A stretch of 64,000 nucleotides of DNA from the IMG/VR virus record IMGVR_UViG_3300037127_000056, positions 1-64,000 of that record; one strand, 5' to 3'. This document shows positions 46,218-55,114 of the stretch, in pieces. Origin of the DNA: a virus (Duplodnaviria > Caudoviricetes). The stretch's first letter is position 1. The number at the start of each line of letters is the position of its first letter. The notes below the pieces were generated by a model. It did not search any database. It saw nothing but the letters and a program-made list of their open reading frames with translations, and was not told where the DNA came from. The position numbers and the translations under genes are program-made.

Positions 46218-46763
46218 CTATTTCGTGATACTCGTATCCGCGTCGAGATCTCGGGTGCTGCCCTGCGCGGTCCCTTGGTCCGTACTCGACGTATCGGTCA
46301 CCGCCGCCTTGTTGTTGTTCTGATTCGAGACATTGGTTTCCGATGCCGGGCCGCGCATGAATGCGATGGACATGATGACCACGAATGCCAAGGCCATCAC
46401 TACAGCGGCCCCCCACTTCATGGCGCGGAACATGCGCTCCAACGACTTCTCCATGTGCTGGACGCTGGTATGAGTCGCGGCGGTGGTGACCTTGAGATCC
46501 GCTAGCTTGCCATCGGTCTCCCCGAGTTGGGTCGTGAGCTTGTCCACCGCGGTACGCAGAGTCCTCGATTGCTCCGACACCGTGGCCACGTCGGCGACGA
46601 GTCGGTCTATCCGCTCGTTTGCCGCCCGCCGGTGATCGCGAAAATCGGACTGCATCAAGCGAACCTGTTGCCGGAGGTCGCTGAAAAGCGTTGCATAACC
46701 ATGGTCGTGACTCCGTCCATTGGACGGAATGGGATCGGAGGTCGGGGCGCGGGAAGGGTCCAT
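46218..46763 (-). CDS. coiled-coil protein with C-terminal TM helix
   Basis: Heptad region followed by WGAAVVMALAFVVIMSIAF; TTGCGA-17-TACACT-6-ATG. Confidence 0.65.
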   Translation of the reverse strand: MDPSRAPTSDPIPSNGRSHDHGYATLFSDLRQQVRLMQSDFRDHRRAANERIDRLVADVATVSEQSRTLRTAVDKLTTQLGETDGKLADLKVTTAATHTSVQHMEKSLERMFRAMKWGAAVVMALAFVVIMSIAFMRGPASETNVSNQNNNKAAVTDTSSTDQGTAQGSTRDLDADTSITK

Positions 46764-46856
46764 GGTGTGAGTGTACCGCGGGGCGCCCGATCTCGCAAGG
46801 GAAATCTTCGGTGCTCTTAGCTTGCGCTCGTGTTGGAGATGCTGTACGCTGGGGCT

Positions 46857-47285
46857 ATGTCTGATAGGACCGAATTGAAGCCGTGTCCGGTATGTAGTTC
46901 GGCCCCTACATGTGGGGACGATTTTATCGAATGCCGATGCGGGATATATTTCGACGGCAATATGGTCGAGCCAACATTCCCGATGTTGGCAAAGTTGTGG
47001 AATGACCTCCCACGGCCGTGGGAAGTTGTCTCACACCTCGCCCACGCCTTGTTCGGGTCCGATGATCTCCCCAAGACTCGCGCCGACTGGGACGCCCGTA
47101 TCGACGCTCTCATCGAGTCCGGGGAGATCGGCGAGAAGCTTGCGGCGGAACGGCTGCATCGGCTCGGAACACAAGCGGCTCAGTTTCGAAAGATGCGTGA
47201 CGAGCTGTATGATGTCTACACCACTAGCGAGTCTCCTTGTCAAGTTGCAACGATCGCGCGGGTTTTGAAAAAGTACTCATCATGA
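46857..47285 (+). CDS. Lar-like zinc-finger protein, family C
   Basis: ELKPCPVC...CRC...LWN; DALIESGEIGEKLA. Confidence 0.7.
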   Translation: MSDRTELKPCPVCSSAPTCGDDFIECRCGIYFDGNMVEPTFPMLAKLWNDLPRPWEVVSHLAHALFGSDDLPKTRADWDARIDALIESGEIGEKLAAERLHRLGTQAAQFRKMRDELYDVYTTSESPCQVATIARVLKKYSS

Positions 47286-47638
47286 GCACGCCATCCCCCA
47301 TCACATGCACGTTCTGCCGGCAAGAAGTACATCCCACGACAATACATTACGGCATCGGCTACCGGACTTCCATCCACTGCCACGACTGTGGCATCCTGTG
47401 CTACTCCACCGACATGGCGCCCGGCGTGGCAACTCAAAAAGCCCGTACCCAATGGTCTCGAATTCAGGCCACCGTAAATGAACGTGCGTTGTTCAAGCAT
47501 GTCGCCGACGCGCTCTTCGATGGTCCCATTTCAGACATCGATGCATGGAACGCCGCAATCGATGCGAAAATCGAAGCCGGCGAACTCGGAGACGCCTTGG
47601 CGAGCGCTCGCGTCAAGAAGTTGATGAGCAACGTATGA
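47282..47638 (+). CDS. Lar-like zinc-finger protein, family C
   Basis: CTFC...CHDC...QW; DAKIEAGELGDALA. Confidence 0.7.
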   Translation: MSTPSPITCTFCRQEVHPTTIHYGIGYRTSIHCHDCGILCYSTDMAPGVATQKARTQWSRIQATVNERALFKHVADALFDGPISDIDAWNAAIDAKIEAGELGDALASARVKKLMSNV

Positions 47639-48234
47639 CCCTCCAACCATGCCCATTCTGCGAGACGAGCGATGGCCTCGTACGTTCCGCAAGTTCAGCA
47701 ATCCGGATCCAATGCACGTCGTGTGATATCACCTTCGCGCCGCACCATGTAGGTGACTCGCTCGCTCACGTCGAGAATGAATGGAACTTCATGGTCGAAC
47801 GGATGACGCAACGGCGAGAGCTTGCAGACGCCATCACACAGGCCGTCTTCGGTGACCGCACCTTTGCCACCACCAACGAATGGGTCGTCGCCCTCGACGC
47901 TCTCATCGAATCTGGTGAGATTGGAGAACGCTTGGCAGACGCTCGACTCGCGGAACCGGAGCACGGGCTGGTGAGCCACCTCATGTCAATCGAACAGATC
48001 CTGACGTCGTCCAACAGCCCCGACTTTTTGCAAAATGCATACCACGCGATAATGGCCCTCGCGGACACTGCGCTAACCCGCAAACGGGACATATCGATTC
48101 GGGTGATGGCCGACCATGTCCGATTCACCGGGACCGCCATGTCATCGTTGGTCACAGCCTTTCGACGTACCGGGGAAGCCATGGCACGTTTCGCGGCGGC
48201 CCTACCCGATGACGACTTCGACCCGCCGGAATGA
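47635..48234 (+). CDS. Lar-like zinc-finger protein, family C
   Basis: LQPCPFC...CTSC...EWN; DALIESGEIGERLA. Confidence 0.7.
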   Translation: MTLQPCPFCETSDGLVRSASSAIRIQCTSCDITFAPHHVGDSLAHVENEWNFMVERMTQRRELADAITQAVFGDRTFATTNEWVVALDALIESGEIGERLADARLAEPEHGLVSHLMSIEQILTSSNSPDFLQNAYHAIMALADTALTRKRDISIRVMADHVRFTGTAMSSLVTAFRRTGEAMARFAAALPDDDFDPPE

Positions 48235-48244
48235 TCTCTGCGGG

Positions 48245-48547
48245 CTAGTCCTCATCCCACGACAGTTCGCTGTTGCCGCCGCGACGAGTCTCGCGATTTC
48301 GAAGACGGTTCAGCAAGTGAAGGTAGTCAAGAGCTTCCACCAACGTAAGCTCCATCACTTCACCCATGCGGAACGTGAATCCGGAGCCACGACTCTGGTA
48401 GCAGAGGTTCCCGATGATCTCGGTGATGTCTTGCCGGCTCGGTATCGGGACGACACCGCCGACGATCAGTCCTTCATCTGGCCGCGGGTCTTGCGCTTGC
48501 GCTTCGTTGAATTCGGACGCCAGAAGCTGGACATTCCTCCCAAAGGG
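48245..48547 (-). CDS. -1 frameshift extension of the chaperone (gpGT analogue)
   Basis: Slippery C CCT TTG at 48547-48541; the -1 frame is open to TAG 48247-48245 and has no early ATG. Confidence 0.7.
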   Translation of the reverse strand, partial: PFGRNVQLLASEFNEAQAQDPRPDEGLIVGGVVPIPSRQDITEIIGNLCYQSRGSGFTFRMGEVMELTLVEALDYLHLLNRLRNRETRRGGNSELSWDED

Positions 48548-49344
48548 AGGTCCACCTCACCGGACCATCCGCAGTTGCGGTCGTTGCAAGACAGGAAGAT
48601 CGACGTCTCGATGCCGCCGTCGTAGTCATCCATGAGATCTTGCAGCTCGACGAGACGGTAGCTGAAATCGCCCTTTTTCAGGACCTCTGCAATCTCAGAT
48701 CGGGCATTCGAGGTGTACACGACATTCCCGTCGGGATCCCGCGTGACGCCGACATCTCCGAAGCTGATCATGCGCGCCGCCAGCGACCGCGTCACCATCT
48801 CACCCGGAGCCTCACCGACAAACCGCTGGACGCTGTCTTGATCGCGACCACGCATGAGGCGGAACCGTACAGGGATCCCTTCCCACTCGATCTCGAAGAC
48901 GTTGTCGCCATCTTGGATCTTCTTGCGAGACTCGTCCGGCAACGGGATAACCTCATCGGTGACGATCTTCTCCAGGTCGAGCGTCGCGACACCCATGCCG
49001 CCGATGGGCTCATCCGGCAGCTGGAGCTTCCCCCGGCACGGCGTCGGAAGGGCGCGGGGACACTGGTGATCGATGGGAAGCCATCGCCCCCACACTGGGA
49101 TCCGCGTCGCCAGAAGCGCGACACTGCGATCACAGATCAAGACGTCGTTCCAGTTCACGGTACCGTCCTTGATCTGATACGGACCCGGATCGATCACGGC
49201 CGTCGTGCATTCCGTGAGCAACGTGGTTTCCATCGACGCCGGGCTCATCCGGCTGCGGACTTGGTCATTGGCCCACTTGATGTTCCATCCTCGGAGCGAG
49301 ACGGTGAGGCCGCTGGGGAGTTCAATCTCGAATGTAGTCGCCAT
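48466..49344 (-). CDS. tail/baseplate assembly chaperone (T4 gp26-like, gpG analogue)
   Basis: IELPSG start, DR..LL..RI, two Cys pairs, C-terminal DLPL..FW. Confidence 0.7.
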   Translation of the reverse strand: MATTFEIELPSGLTVSLRGWNIKWANDQVRSRMSPASMETTLLTECTTAVIDPGPYQIKDGTVNWNDVLICDRSVALLATRIPVWGRWLPIDHQCPRALPTPCRGKLQLPDEPIGGMGVATLDLEKIVTDEVIPLPDESRKKIQDGDNVFEIEWEGIPVRFRLMRGRDQDSVQRFVGEAPGEMVTRSLAARMISFGDVGVTRDPDGNVVYTSNARSEIAEVLKKGDFSYRLVELQDLMDDYDGGIETSIFLSCNDRNCGWSGEVDLPLGGMSSFWRPNSTKRKRKTRGQMKD

Positions 49345-49368
49345 GGCATGGATATAGCCGTGGCGGAT

Positions 49369-49386
49369 TTTCCCGCCGGCGGGAAA
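49369..49386. repeat. dispersed palindrome copy 12
   Basis: Between divergent starts 49344 and 49407. Confidence 0.95.
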
Positions 49387-49406
49387 GCTCGGCCTAAAAT
49401 CCCACT

Positions 49407-50150
49407 ATGGCCCAAGCCGACTGGAATGTCCTCAACAACACCATCCCTCAAGCCAGCGTCGAACGCGGAAGTACCTCCGGCATCCCGCGACCCAACGGCG
49501 GCGGGCAGTTCGTCTATGGCTTCAACAGCTTGCAGAGTATCGCAAACGGTGCCAGTGCCCAGTACCTCAACCTCACGGACTTCAACCCCACGGCAAAGGG
49601 GGCCCGGATCGCCGCCGCGATCCAGCGAGGACTCGGTGCCAATGACACCGGCTTTTCGGCGTGGGTGTATGTATGCCTTCAGAGCAACGACACCAATGAT
49701 GTCGGGTACATGCTCGGACTCTCGGACGCGTCACCATCCCGGCTCATCCTCCGTAAGGGTGTGCTGAGTTCCGGCATCCCCGATGACACCCCCGACCCGG
49801 CGGAGAATGGCAACCTCCTGGCCAGCACCAACACCTACGCCAGGGGGACGTGGGTCCACGTGCAACTCACCGCGATCGTGCAAGACAACGGCGACGTCGT
49901 GCTCACCGCTGAGACCAATGACCTCGATGCCAATGCTGTGACGGCGCCGGTGTGGACAACCCCCGGCGGTATGGAAGGCCCGCAAGACGGGGTGGCCGAT
50001 GGTCCGATCACTGGGTTCGTCGATGATGCCTTGCAGGTCAACACCGGGACGGCACCCCTTGTATCGGGCTTCATGGGATTCGGAATGGCCGTCAATGGGG
50101 CCGCTCGGCGCAGCTTCTTCGACCACATCACCGCGGCACGACAGACCTGA
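49407..50150 (+). CDS. putative virion structural protein
   Basis: MAQADW...RPNGGGQFVYGFNSL, beta-rich; resembles proteins of myxobacterial prophage tail regions (recalled). Confidence 0.6.
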   Translation: MAQADWNVLNNTIPQASVERGSTSGIPRPNGGGQFVYGFNSLQSIANGASAQYLNLTDFNPTAKGARIAAAIQRGLGANDTGFSAWVYVCLQSNDTNDVGYMLGLSDASPSRLILRKGVLSSGIPDDTPDPAENGNLLASTNTYARGTWVHVQLTAIVQDNGDVVLTAETNDLDANAVTAPVWTTPGGMEGPQDGVADGPITGFVDDALQVNTGTAPLVSGFMGFGMAVNGAARRSFFDHITAARQT

Positions 50151-50744
50151 TCATCGTCGCCTACGCCGTCGTCGAGAGCCAACCTCGCGCGAGTTGGCGC
50201 CCGTATTCCGGCGTAGCTCTTCAAGTCGCCGCTCCATGGCAATCGCGTCTGCGCGCTCGCCGCAACGATTGCACCGCGTCGATAGCTCCGTCATCCCATT
50301 ATGACGACACGGGCCCGGCTCGAGGAACACCGCAAGCTCCGGGGCGTCCTTGATACCTCGGGCTTGGATCTCTTTGAGCATTTCCGGTAGTACCCCGCCC
50401 TGAAGCAACCCTAGTTCCCACCGCGAGAATCTTGTGTCGCTGGGGATGTTTCGCATCAACATCCGGGCGGTGTTGATGAGGTGGGAGTTGCCCATCTCCG
50501 GCACCGGAGTGACTCGCCCATCTTTGGTCGTCCATACATTGGTGACTGCCTTGGGACGTGTGTGTCGCATGAACGCCACACCATACGCGTTCGCGAGCGT
50601 CCCTTGATCGATGAGGGCATCGACGGCGGCTGTGAGGGACTCGACATCATCTGGCTCGACGTCTTTGCCGAGAACATCCCGAGCCAGCGCGCAGATGATG
50701 TGACTCAACTTGAGAAGATTCGATACACTGACCTCGGCACTCAT
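50151..50744 (-). CDS. hypothetical protein sharing the family C helical motif
   Basis: AVDALIDQGTLA; WTTKDG...MGNSHLIN; C-terminal CxxC. Confidence 0.65.
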   Translation of the reverse strand: MSAEVSVSNLLKLSHIICALARDVLGKDVEPDDVESLTAAVDALIDQGTLANAYGVAFMRHTRPKAVTNVWTTKDGRVTPVPEMGNSHLINTARMLMRNIPSDTRFSRWELGLLQGGVLPEMLKEIQARGIKDAPELAVFLEPGPCRHNGMTELSTRCNRCGERADAIAMERRLEELRRNTGANSREVGSRRRRRRR

Positions 50745-50810
50745 GGTTCCGGTGTACATCATCCGGCAACGGATCACAAGTCCCGCCGGTGGGAATCGTA
50801 CAATGACGGT

Positions 50811-51104
50811 ATGAGCACCACCAAGACAATCATCATCGTGGCACTTGTGTTCGTTGCATCGTTCGGGCTCACCGCCGCGCTCTCTAAGCCGAGTGACATG
50901 GGCTTCCGGCAGTTCCAGGTCGCCGACGACATCGGGAACACTGGGCACTACTCGGCGCCGGTCTCTGGCCATTCACCGAGCTATGGCAACCATGGCCACG
51001 GCAACAACGCCGATGGGGTGGACTCCAGCAACCCCGGTCGTGGTGGACCATCGAGTGATGAATCGTGTGATGGGACCGGCGAGTGCATCGACGACGAGTT
51101 GTGA
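50811..51104 (+). CDS. small exported protein
   Basis: Signal peptide/TM followed by a G/N/H/D-rich tail; TACAAT-6-ATG. Confidence 0.6.
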   Translation: MSTTKTIIIVALVFVASFGLTAALSKPSDMGFRQFQVADDIGNTGHYSAPVSGHSPSYGNHGHGNNADGVDSSNPGRGGPSSDESCDGTGECIDDEL

Positions 51105-51122
51105 TCCGTGCCTGCAATTCCG

Positions 51123-51152
51123 TTGACACTTGGGCACAATTCGTGCCATACT
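51123..51152 (+). promoter_or_regulatory. leaderless sigma70 promoter
   Basis: TTGACA-18-CATACT-7-ATG(51160). Confidence 0.7.
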
Positions 51153-51159
51153 TGGGAAT

Positions 51160-51594
51160 ATGAACGATGCAACTCAATGGAATCTTTGGGCATCTAATGG
51201 CTCCATCAGAACCGCGAGCAAGTTCCGGCTTCTTCCCGACACCTCCGGAACATCCCCGGGAGAGATGTGGCGTGTGGTCCGGACGTTCTATGCAGCGTCC
51301 AAGTCAAGTGCGATGTCCATTATGGAAGATGAAATCCGGTGTGCTGGCAACGAGCCGGTGTGGGATGACGGACCATATGAGCCCGCACCGGACGTCTTCA
51401 CTGGTAGGGTAGATGACGTTACCACAACCGATGCGGATCTCGCTAGAATGTGGTGTGTCGTAGATGTTTGTGGGCGTATGCATGTTCGGCCATGGGAACC
51501 CCATCTTCAATCACTTCGCTCAAAGCGATGGGCCGCACCGGTCTCCAGGGCACTTGCGCGGGAAACGTTGATTCCCGCCGGCGGGAATGGTTGA
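51160..51594 (+). CDS. hypothetical protein
   Basis: Own promoter. Confidence 0.6.
   Translation: MNDATQWNLWASNGSIRTASKFRLLPDTSGTSPGEMWRVVRTFYAASKSSAMSIMEDEIRCAGNEPVWDDGPYEPAPDVFTGRVDDVTTTDADLARMWCVVDVCGRMHVRPWEPHLQSLRSKRWAAPVSRALARETLIPAGGNG
51571..51588. repeat. dispersed palindrome copy 13
   Basis: ATTCCCGCCGGCGGGAAT, 2 nt before TTGACA. Confidence 0.95.
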
Positions 51595-51620
51595 CATCGC
51601 CTACTCCGGCGTGCCATAGT
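51591..51620 (+). promoter_or_regulatory. leaderless sigma70 promoter with the palindrome immediately upstream
   Basis: TTGACA-18-CATAGT-7-ATG(51628). Confidence 0.7.
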
Positions 51621-51627
51621 CGTGTCC

Positions 51628-51849
51628 ATGGACGAATCCGACGACACCTACATCTGGAACATATGGGGCGACGCCGATACCGTGGAAGCATCGACGGACA
51701 CCATACTCGTCCCCATCAATCACCCCGATGCTGCCCGCGCCGCGAAGCCGCCGGTGTCAGAGGTCGAACTGCATATCATCGCAACGTCCGGTATCGAGAT
51801 GACATACCCACAAGCCGTGGACTGGCTACACGACCTCAAGGGGTGGTGA
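51628..51849 (+). CDS. small hypothetical protein
   Basis: Own promoter; TGATG coupling to the next gene. Confidence 0.6.
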   Translation: MDESDDTYIWNIWGDADTVEASTDTILVPINHPDAARAAKPPVSEVELHIIATSGIEMTYPQAVDWLHDLKGW

Positions 51850-52193
51850 TGCGAATCGCGACGCGATGGGCCATTGTTGAGACGGTGGCGGTGCGGTTTT
51901 TCACCGCCATACGTGCGCGTGATATCTGGCTGTATTCTCAAGCCATCGCCGAAATCACCGCCATTGTAACCAACCATACGTTTACGAGCGTAGCAAGTTG
52001 CTCAGAAATTTGCCATAATTTCATCGGAATTCAAAAATTCCCCACAATATCAAGCACCCTCAAAACAATCTCACGTGGGTACCCACGCGGCGAAGACTAT
52101 GCACTCATCATCGAGCGGTTCGGCCTCTACGACATGTCTCGCGATGAGATCATCGATTTCGTTCGGAATGAGTTGGTGAGTGATGCGGATTGA
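51849..52193 (+). CDS. Family B paralog
   Basis: MRIATRWAIVETVAVRF...IIERFGLYDM. Confidence 0.7.
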   Translation: MRIATRWAIVETVAVRFFTAIRARDIWLYSQAIAEITAIVTNHTFTSVASCSEICHNFIGIQKFPTISSTLKTISRGYPRGEDYALIIERFGLYDMSRDEIIDFVRNELVSDAD

Positions 52194-52521
52194 GACACGT
52201 CGGGCGGTAACCAGAGAAGCGGCCCGCAGGTTTGTGATCTTGAGTGGTGGTGTGAACCAAGAGCTAATCGCCATTCTCCGATACCATGGCCCGTCCGGTT
52301 GCAGATACTTCAGTAACACCTATCCCAACCTCGGGCACGCCCTATTGGGTGTCAATGACCGTGAAATGATCGATAGGGGTGTCCGCATGGCCCGACAGTT
52401 GGGGCATGTCTTTACCAACCACGTGGTTCTTATCGTGGAGCACTTTGGTCTCTACCATATGGATTGGCAAGAGGTCGAAGACTTTGCCCATTCACTGCCA
52501 GAGAATTGGCATGAAACTTGA
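52183..52521 (+). CDS. Family B paralog
   Basis: MRIETRRAVTREAARRF...IVEHFGLYHM. Confidence 0.75.
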   Translation: MRIETRRAVTREAARRFVILSGGVNQELIAILRYHGPSGCRYFSNTYPNLGHALLGVNDREMIDRGVRMARQLGHVFTNHVVLIVEHFGLYHMDWQEVEDFAHSLPENWHET

Positions 52522-52975
52522 AACCCGCCACGCCATCGCCCGCGAGGTTGCCCGCCGGTGCATCGAGTTCATCGGCTCGCGGGACCTGAGCACCTACCCG
52601 GCCTGGCGGTATGTCTCAGATGTCAACAACTTCGTGGCGTTGATGAGTCATCATAGATCACTTCGAGACACATGGTCATCTAACGTCAAGACCGTGATGT
52701 TGCTCGCCGGAGTGATTTCGAAGCTGCCAACTTCTTTCGCCGAAGCCGACAACCTCGCGGATCACTATGGGCGATTACTTCTTGGGCGACAATCAACGCC
52801 CGTCTGGGACCCCCGCCCCACATGGCGCACCCGCATCGCCGAGTACTTCGGGCTCCATCACATGACCGCCGATGAAGTCACGACATGGGCCATGAAGTAT
52901 GCATTCGAAGAACACTTCTCTAAGCCTAGACGCCCGCTAAGCAATCCCCGGTACCCAACCACCGGGCGACCATAA
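52511..52975 (+). CDS. Family B paralog
   Basis: MKLETRHAIAREVARR...IAEYFGLHHM. Confidence 0.75.
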   Translation: MKLETRHAIAREVARRCIEFIGSRDLSTYPAWRYVSDVNNFVALMSHHRSLRDTWSSNVKTVMLLAGVISKLPTSFAEADNLADHYGRLLLGRQSTPVWDPRPTWRTRIAEYFGLHHMTADEVTTWAMKYAFEEHFSKPRRPLSNPRYPTTGRP

Positions 52976-53015
52976 AACGGCGCACACGGGCCGGCTCAGA
53001 ACGTCTCACGTGACA

Positions 53016-53510
53016 TCAACGACTTGCACCGATGTCGCGCGACCGGAAGTGCAGGAAGAAGAGGTTGCGGCGGGGGCGTCGGCCGAGTCCCCATCCCCGG
53101 GGGCGCAACTCATGGAGGTACAAGCCGGGTGACGACGACACGACAAGCATGGTCTCGCCCCCAAGGGTCTCCACGCGGGCGAGACGGTCTTGTTTTCCGA
53201 GAAGGGGTTGACCATCTGGGGCGATCAACCCCGCGGCCTTGAGCTGGCGTTCGTGCGTCGTGAGGTCCATGAACGAGACCGGGGAGTCGCCGTTGCTCAC
53301 TTGGCGGAGCCGCTCGAAGTCTTCATCGAGCATCTGGACCTTGACCTTGATCTCGGTGCTCTCGACGCGTTGGACGGTGCCGGTGCTGTCGAACAGGTCG
53401 TAGGGGAGTACCGACGGCTCCCGCAGCTCATCGTCATAGGGGATGGCGGACGTCTCGATGCGTGCGATAACGGCGTTGAACTTGAAGATCAGACGGTTCC
53501 CAGGAGGCAT
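53016..53510 (-). CDS. putative neck/head-tail connector-type virion protein
   Basis: RLIFKF...YDDELREP...HERQLKAAGL...DRL pattern (recalled from deltaproteobacterial prophages); TACAAT-6-ATG. Confidence 0.5.
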   Translation of the reverse strand: MPPGNRLIFKFNAVIARIETSAIPYDDELREPSVLPYDLFDSTGTVQRVESTEIKVKVQMLDEDFERLRQVSNGDSPVSFMDLTTHERQLKAAGLIAPDGQPLLGKQDRLARVETLGGETMLVVSSSPGLYLHELRPRGWGLGRRPRRNLFFLHFRSRDIGASR

Positions 53511-53551
53511 GCCAAGATTGTACGTTTTCCCGTGTGATCCTCGTGGGTTAG

Positions 53552-53852
53552 CCGAAAGGGATCCACATAACAGTCCTTCTTCTTTCGTGTCTCTTCCCGT
53601 CCAGCCGCTGCGCTCCGACCCGAGGGCCATCGTTGTGGCCTCGGTGACATGGGTTCCCGTCTCATGTGACGCGTCTCGCGAGCCATGTCTTGTGAGCCCC
53701 TGTTCTCACCTCTATCCCTCATGCATCTACGCCATCACATCGAACGGCGCCACGCGCCGGAGACTGGACCGATCAAGGGTGAGGACAAGAGCTGAAATGA
53801 CGAAGGGAGAAAAAAGAAGAAGAAGAAGGACTGTTATGTGGATCCCTTTCGG
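53552..53852. repeat. 301-bp intergenic element bounded by 33-bp perfect inverted repeats; homologous to the repeat inside the Rep gene
   Basis: CCGAAAGGGATCCACATAACAGTCCTTCTTCTT at 53552-53584 and its reverse complement at 53820-53852; the interior aligns with 8578-8700. Confidence 0.9.
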
Positions 53853-53921
53853 GATGAGCCTTGCCCCATAAGGGTTTCCTGGGATTTGACACGCTCCCCG
53901 AAACCATGGCACGATGCGCCC

Positions 53922-54497
53922 ATGCATGAGCCAGTTCCCATCCGTTACGTCGCGCTGTTAGATCCCAAGATCGATCGTGTGAGGCCAACATTCGCCGCCG
54001 CCATTCTTGCCAATGATGCAGGTCATGGCGTCATCGTTCCGTCGGCTTCAAAGACCCGAGGGCAGCTCGATGCATTCTTCGAACGATGGGGACTCCCGAT
54101 TGGATGTACCTACAAGTGGGCCGCCATCGACCCGGGATGGGATACCCCGGTATGGATTGACGCGCCGGGAGTGTTTTCATCCATGGCGCTGGAGTTCATG
54201 AGTGTCCACCAGGCCCGGGTGTACGCGCCCCCCGCGAATTGGTTCACCGTGCTACGTATGCTAGAACCGGCATGCGTCAATCGCGCGTCCAAGAATGAGC
54301 GGTACAACGGTCTGATCCAATTGAGGAAAATCATGTACCCCGTGGTCATCCCGATGTGGTTGAACCGACACGCCGCCCGCATCGGGATATCGACTCGGAC
54401 CCGTGATTGGCAGACCGTTGTCATCGATGCGCTCTACGAGAGCGGATATTCGGTGCCGGAACAATGGGTGGCATGGCTCAACGAGAGACAGAGGTAG
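53922..54497 (+). CDS. hypothetical protein
   Basis: TTGACA-18-CACGAT-6-ATG. Confidence 0.65.
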   Translation: MHEPVPIRYVALLDPKIDRVRPTFAAAILANDAGHGVIVPSASKTRGQLDAFFERWGLPIGCTYKWAAIDPGWDTPVWIDAPGVFSSMALEFMSVHQARVYAPPANWFTVLRMLEPACVNRASKNERYNGLIQLRKIMYPVVIPMWLNRHAARIGISTRTRDWQTVVIDALYESGYSVPEQWVAWLNERQR

Positions 54498-55114
54498 ATC
54501 TCTGCAAGCGATTGATCGATGCCGCCGACGGGTGGACGGCTTACCCAGAGGTCGGACGATGGGACATCGTCCTGGAACGGGACGGTATCACCGTTGGGGT
54601 TCAAGCCAAGCTTCAGTGCTCGTGGCAACTCTTGGACCAGGTCACGCGTTCCCGCCGGCGGGAAATCCCCAACCATCGGACCATCTTGATCCCGAAGTTC
54701 AACAAGCGGTTCATGCGATTCGCGCGCCGACTCGGTGTCGGAACATACACCGCGAGTGGGCTGGCAACGATGGCCGGGTTCAAGCCGCGGGGCCCATATC
54801 AAGAATCGGACATATGGCTGCCCGATGTTCCATCCCCAACGCCGGCGGGATCGCCGTCGCCGTCATCGTTGACACCGTGGCGACAAGCGGCGATCCGTCT
54901 ATGCATCCTTCTCGACCGGCAAGGCTTCCTCAGCGGCGCTGACTTCGCCTCTCATGGCGTCAATCCTCAGCGGTGGGTTACCCGGGGGTGGCTTGTGAAA
55001 GACGGGTGGTGGGCGGCTGAGGGGCGGAGGTGGCGACGCTACACCCGCGGACCGGCGGAGACGATGCCGGACACCGGATGGGACGTGATCCGGGACCAAC
55101 TCACGCCGGCTTGA
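54473..55114 (+). CDS. PD-(D/E)xK-fold protein (DUF2161-like)
   Basis: YPEV..WDIV...VGVQAKL; C-terminal TPWRQAAIRL. Confidence 0.55.
   Translation: MAQRETEVDLCKRLIDAADGWTAYPEVGRWDIVLERDGITVGVQAKLQCSWQLLDQVTRSRRREIPNHRTILIPKFNKRFMRFARRLGVGTYTASGLATMAGFKPRGPYQESDIWLPDVPSPTPAGSPSPSSLTPWRQAAIRLCILLDRQGFLSGADFASHGVNPQRWVTRGWLVKDGWWAAEGRRWRRYTRGPAETMPDTGWDVIRDQLTPA
54649..54664. repeat. dispersed palindrome copy 14
   Basis: Inside the PD-(D/E)xK-like gene. Confidence 0.95.

Noticed and set aside
8540-53852. The two homologous repeat elements as a DGR template/variable pair
   Set aside because: Differences are not adenine-specific and include indels; no reverse transcriptase is present in the window.
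53552-53852. MITE or IS remnant
   Set aside because: No target-site duplication or transposase, and the same repeat occurs in direct orientation inside the Rep gene. Not fully excluded.
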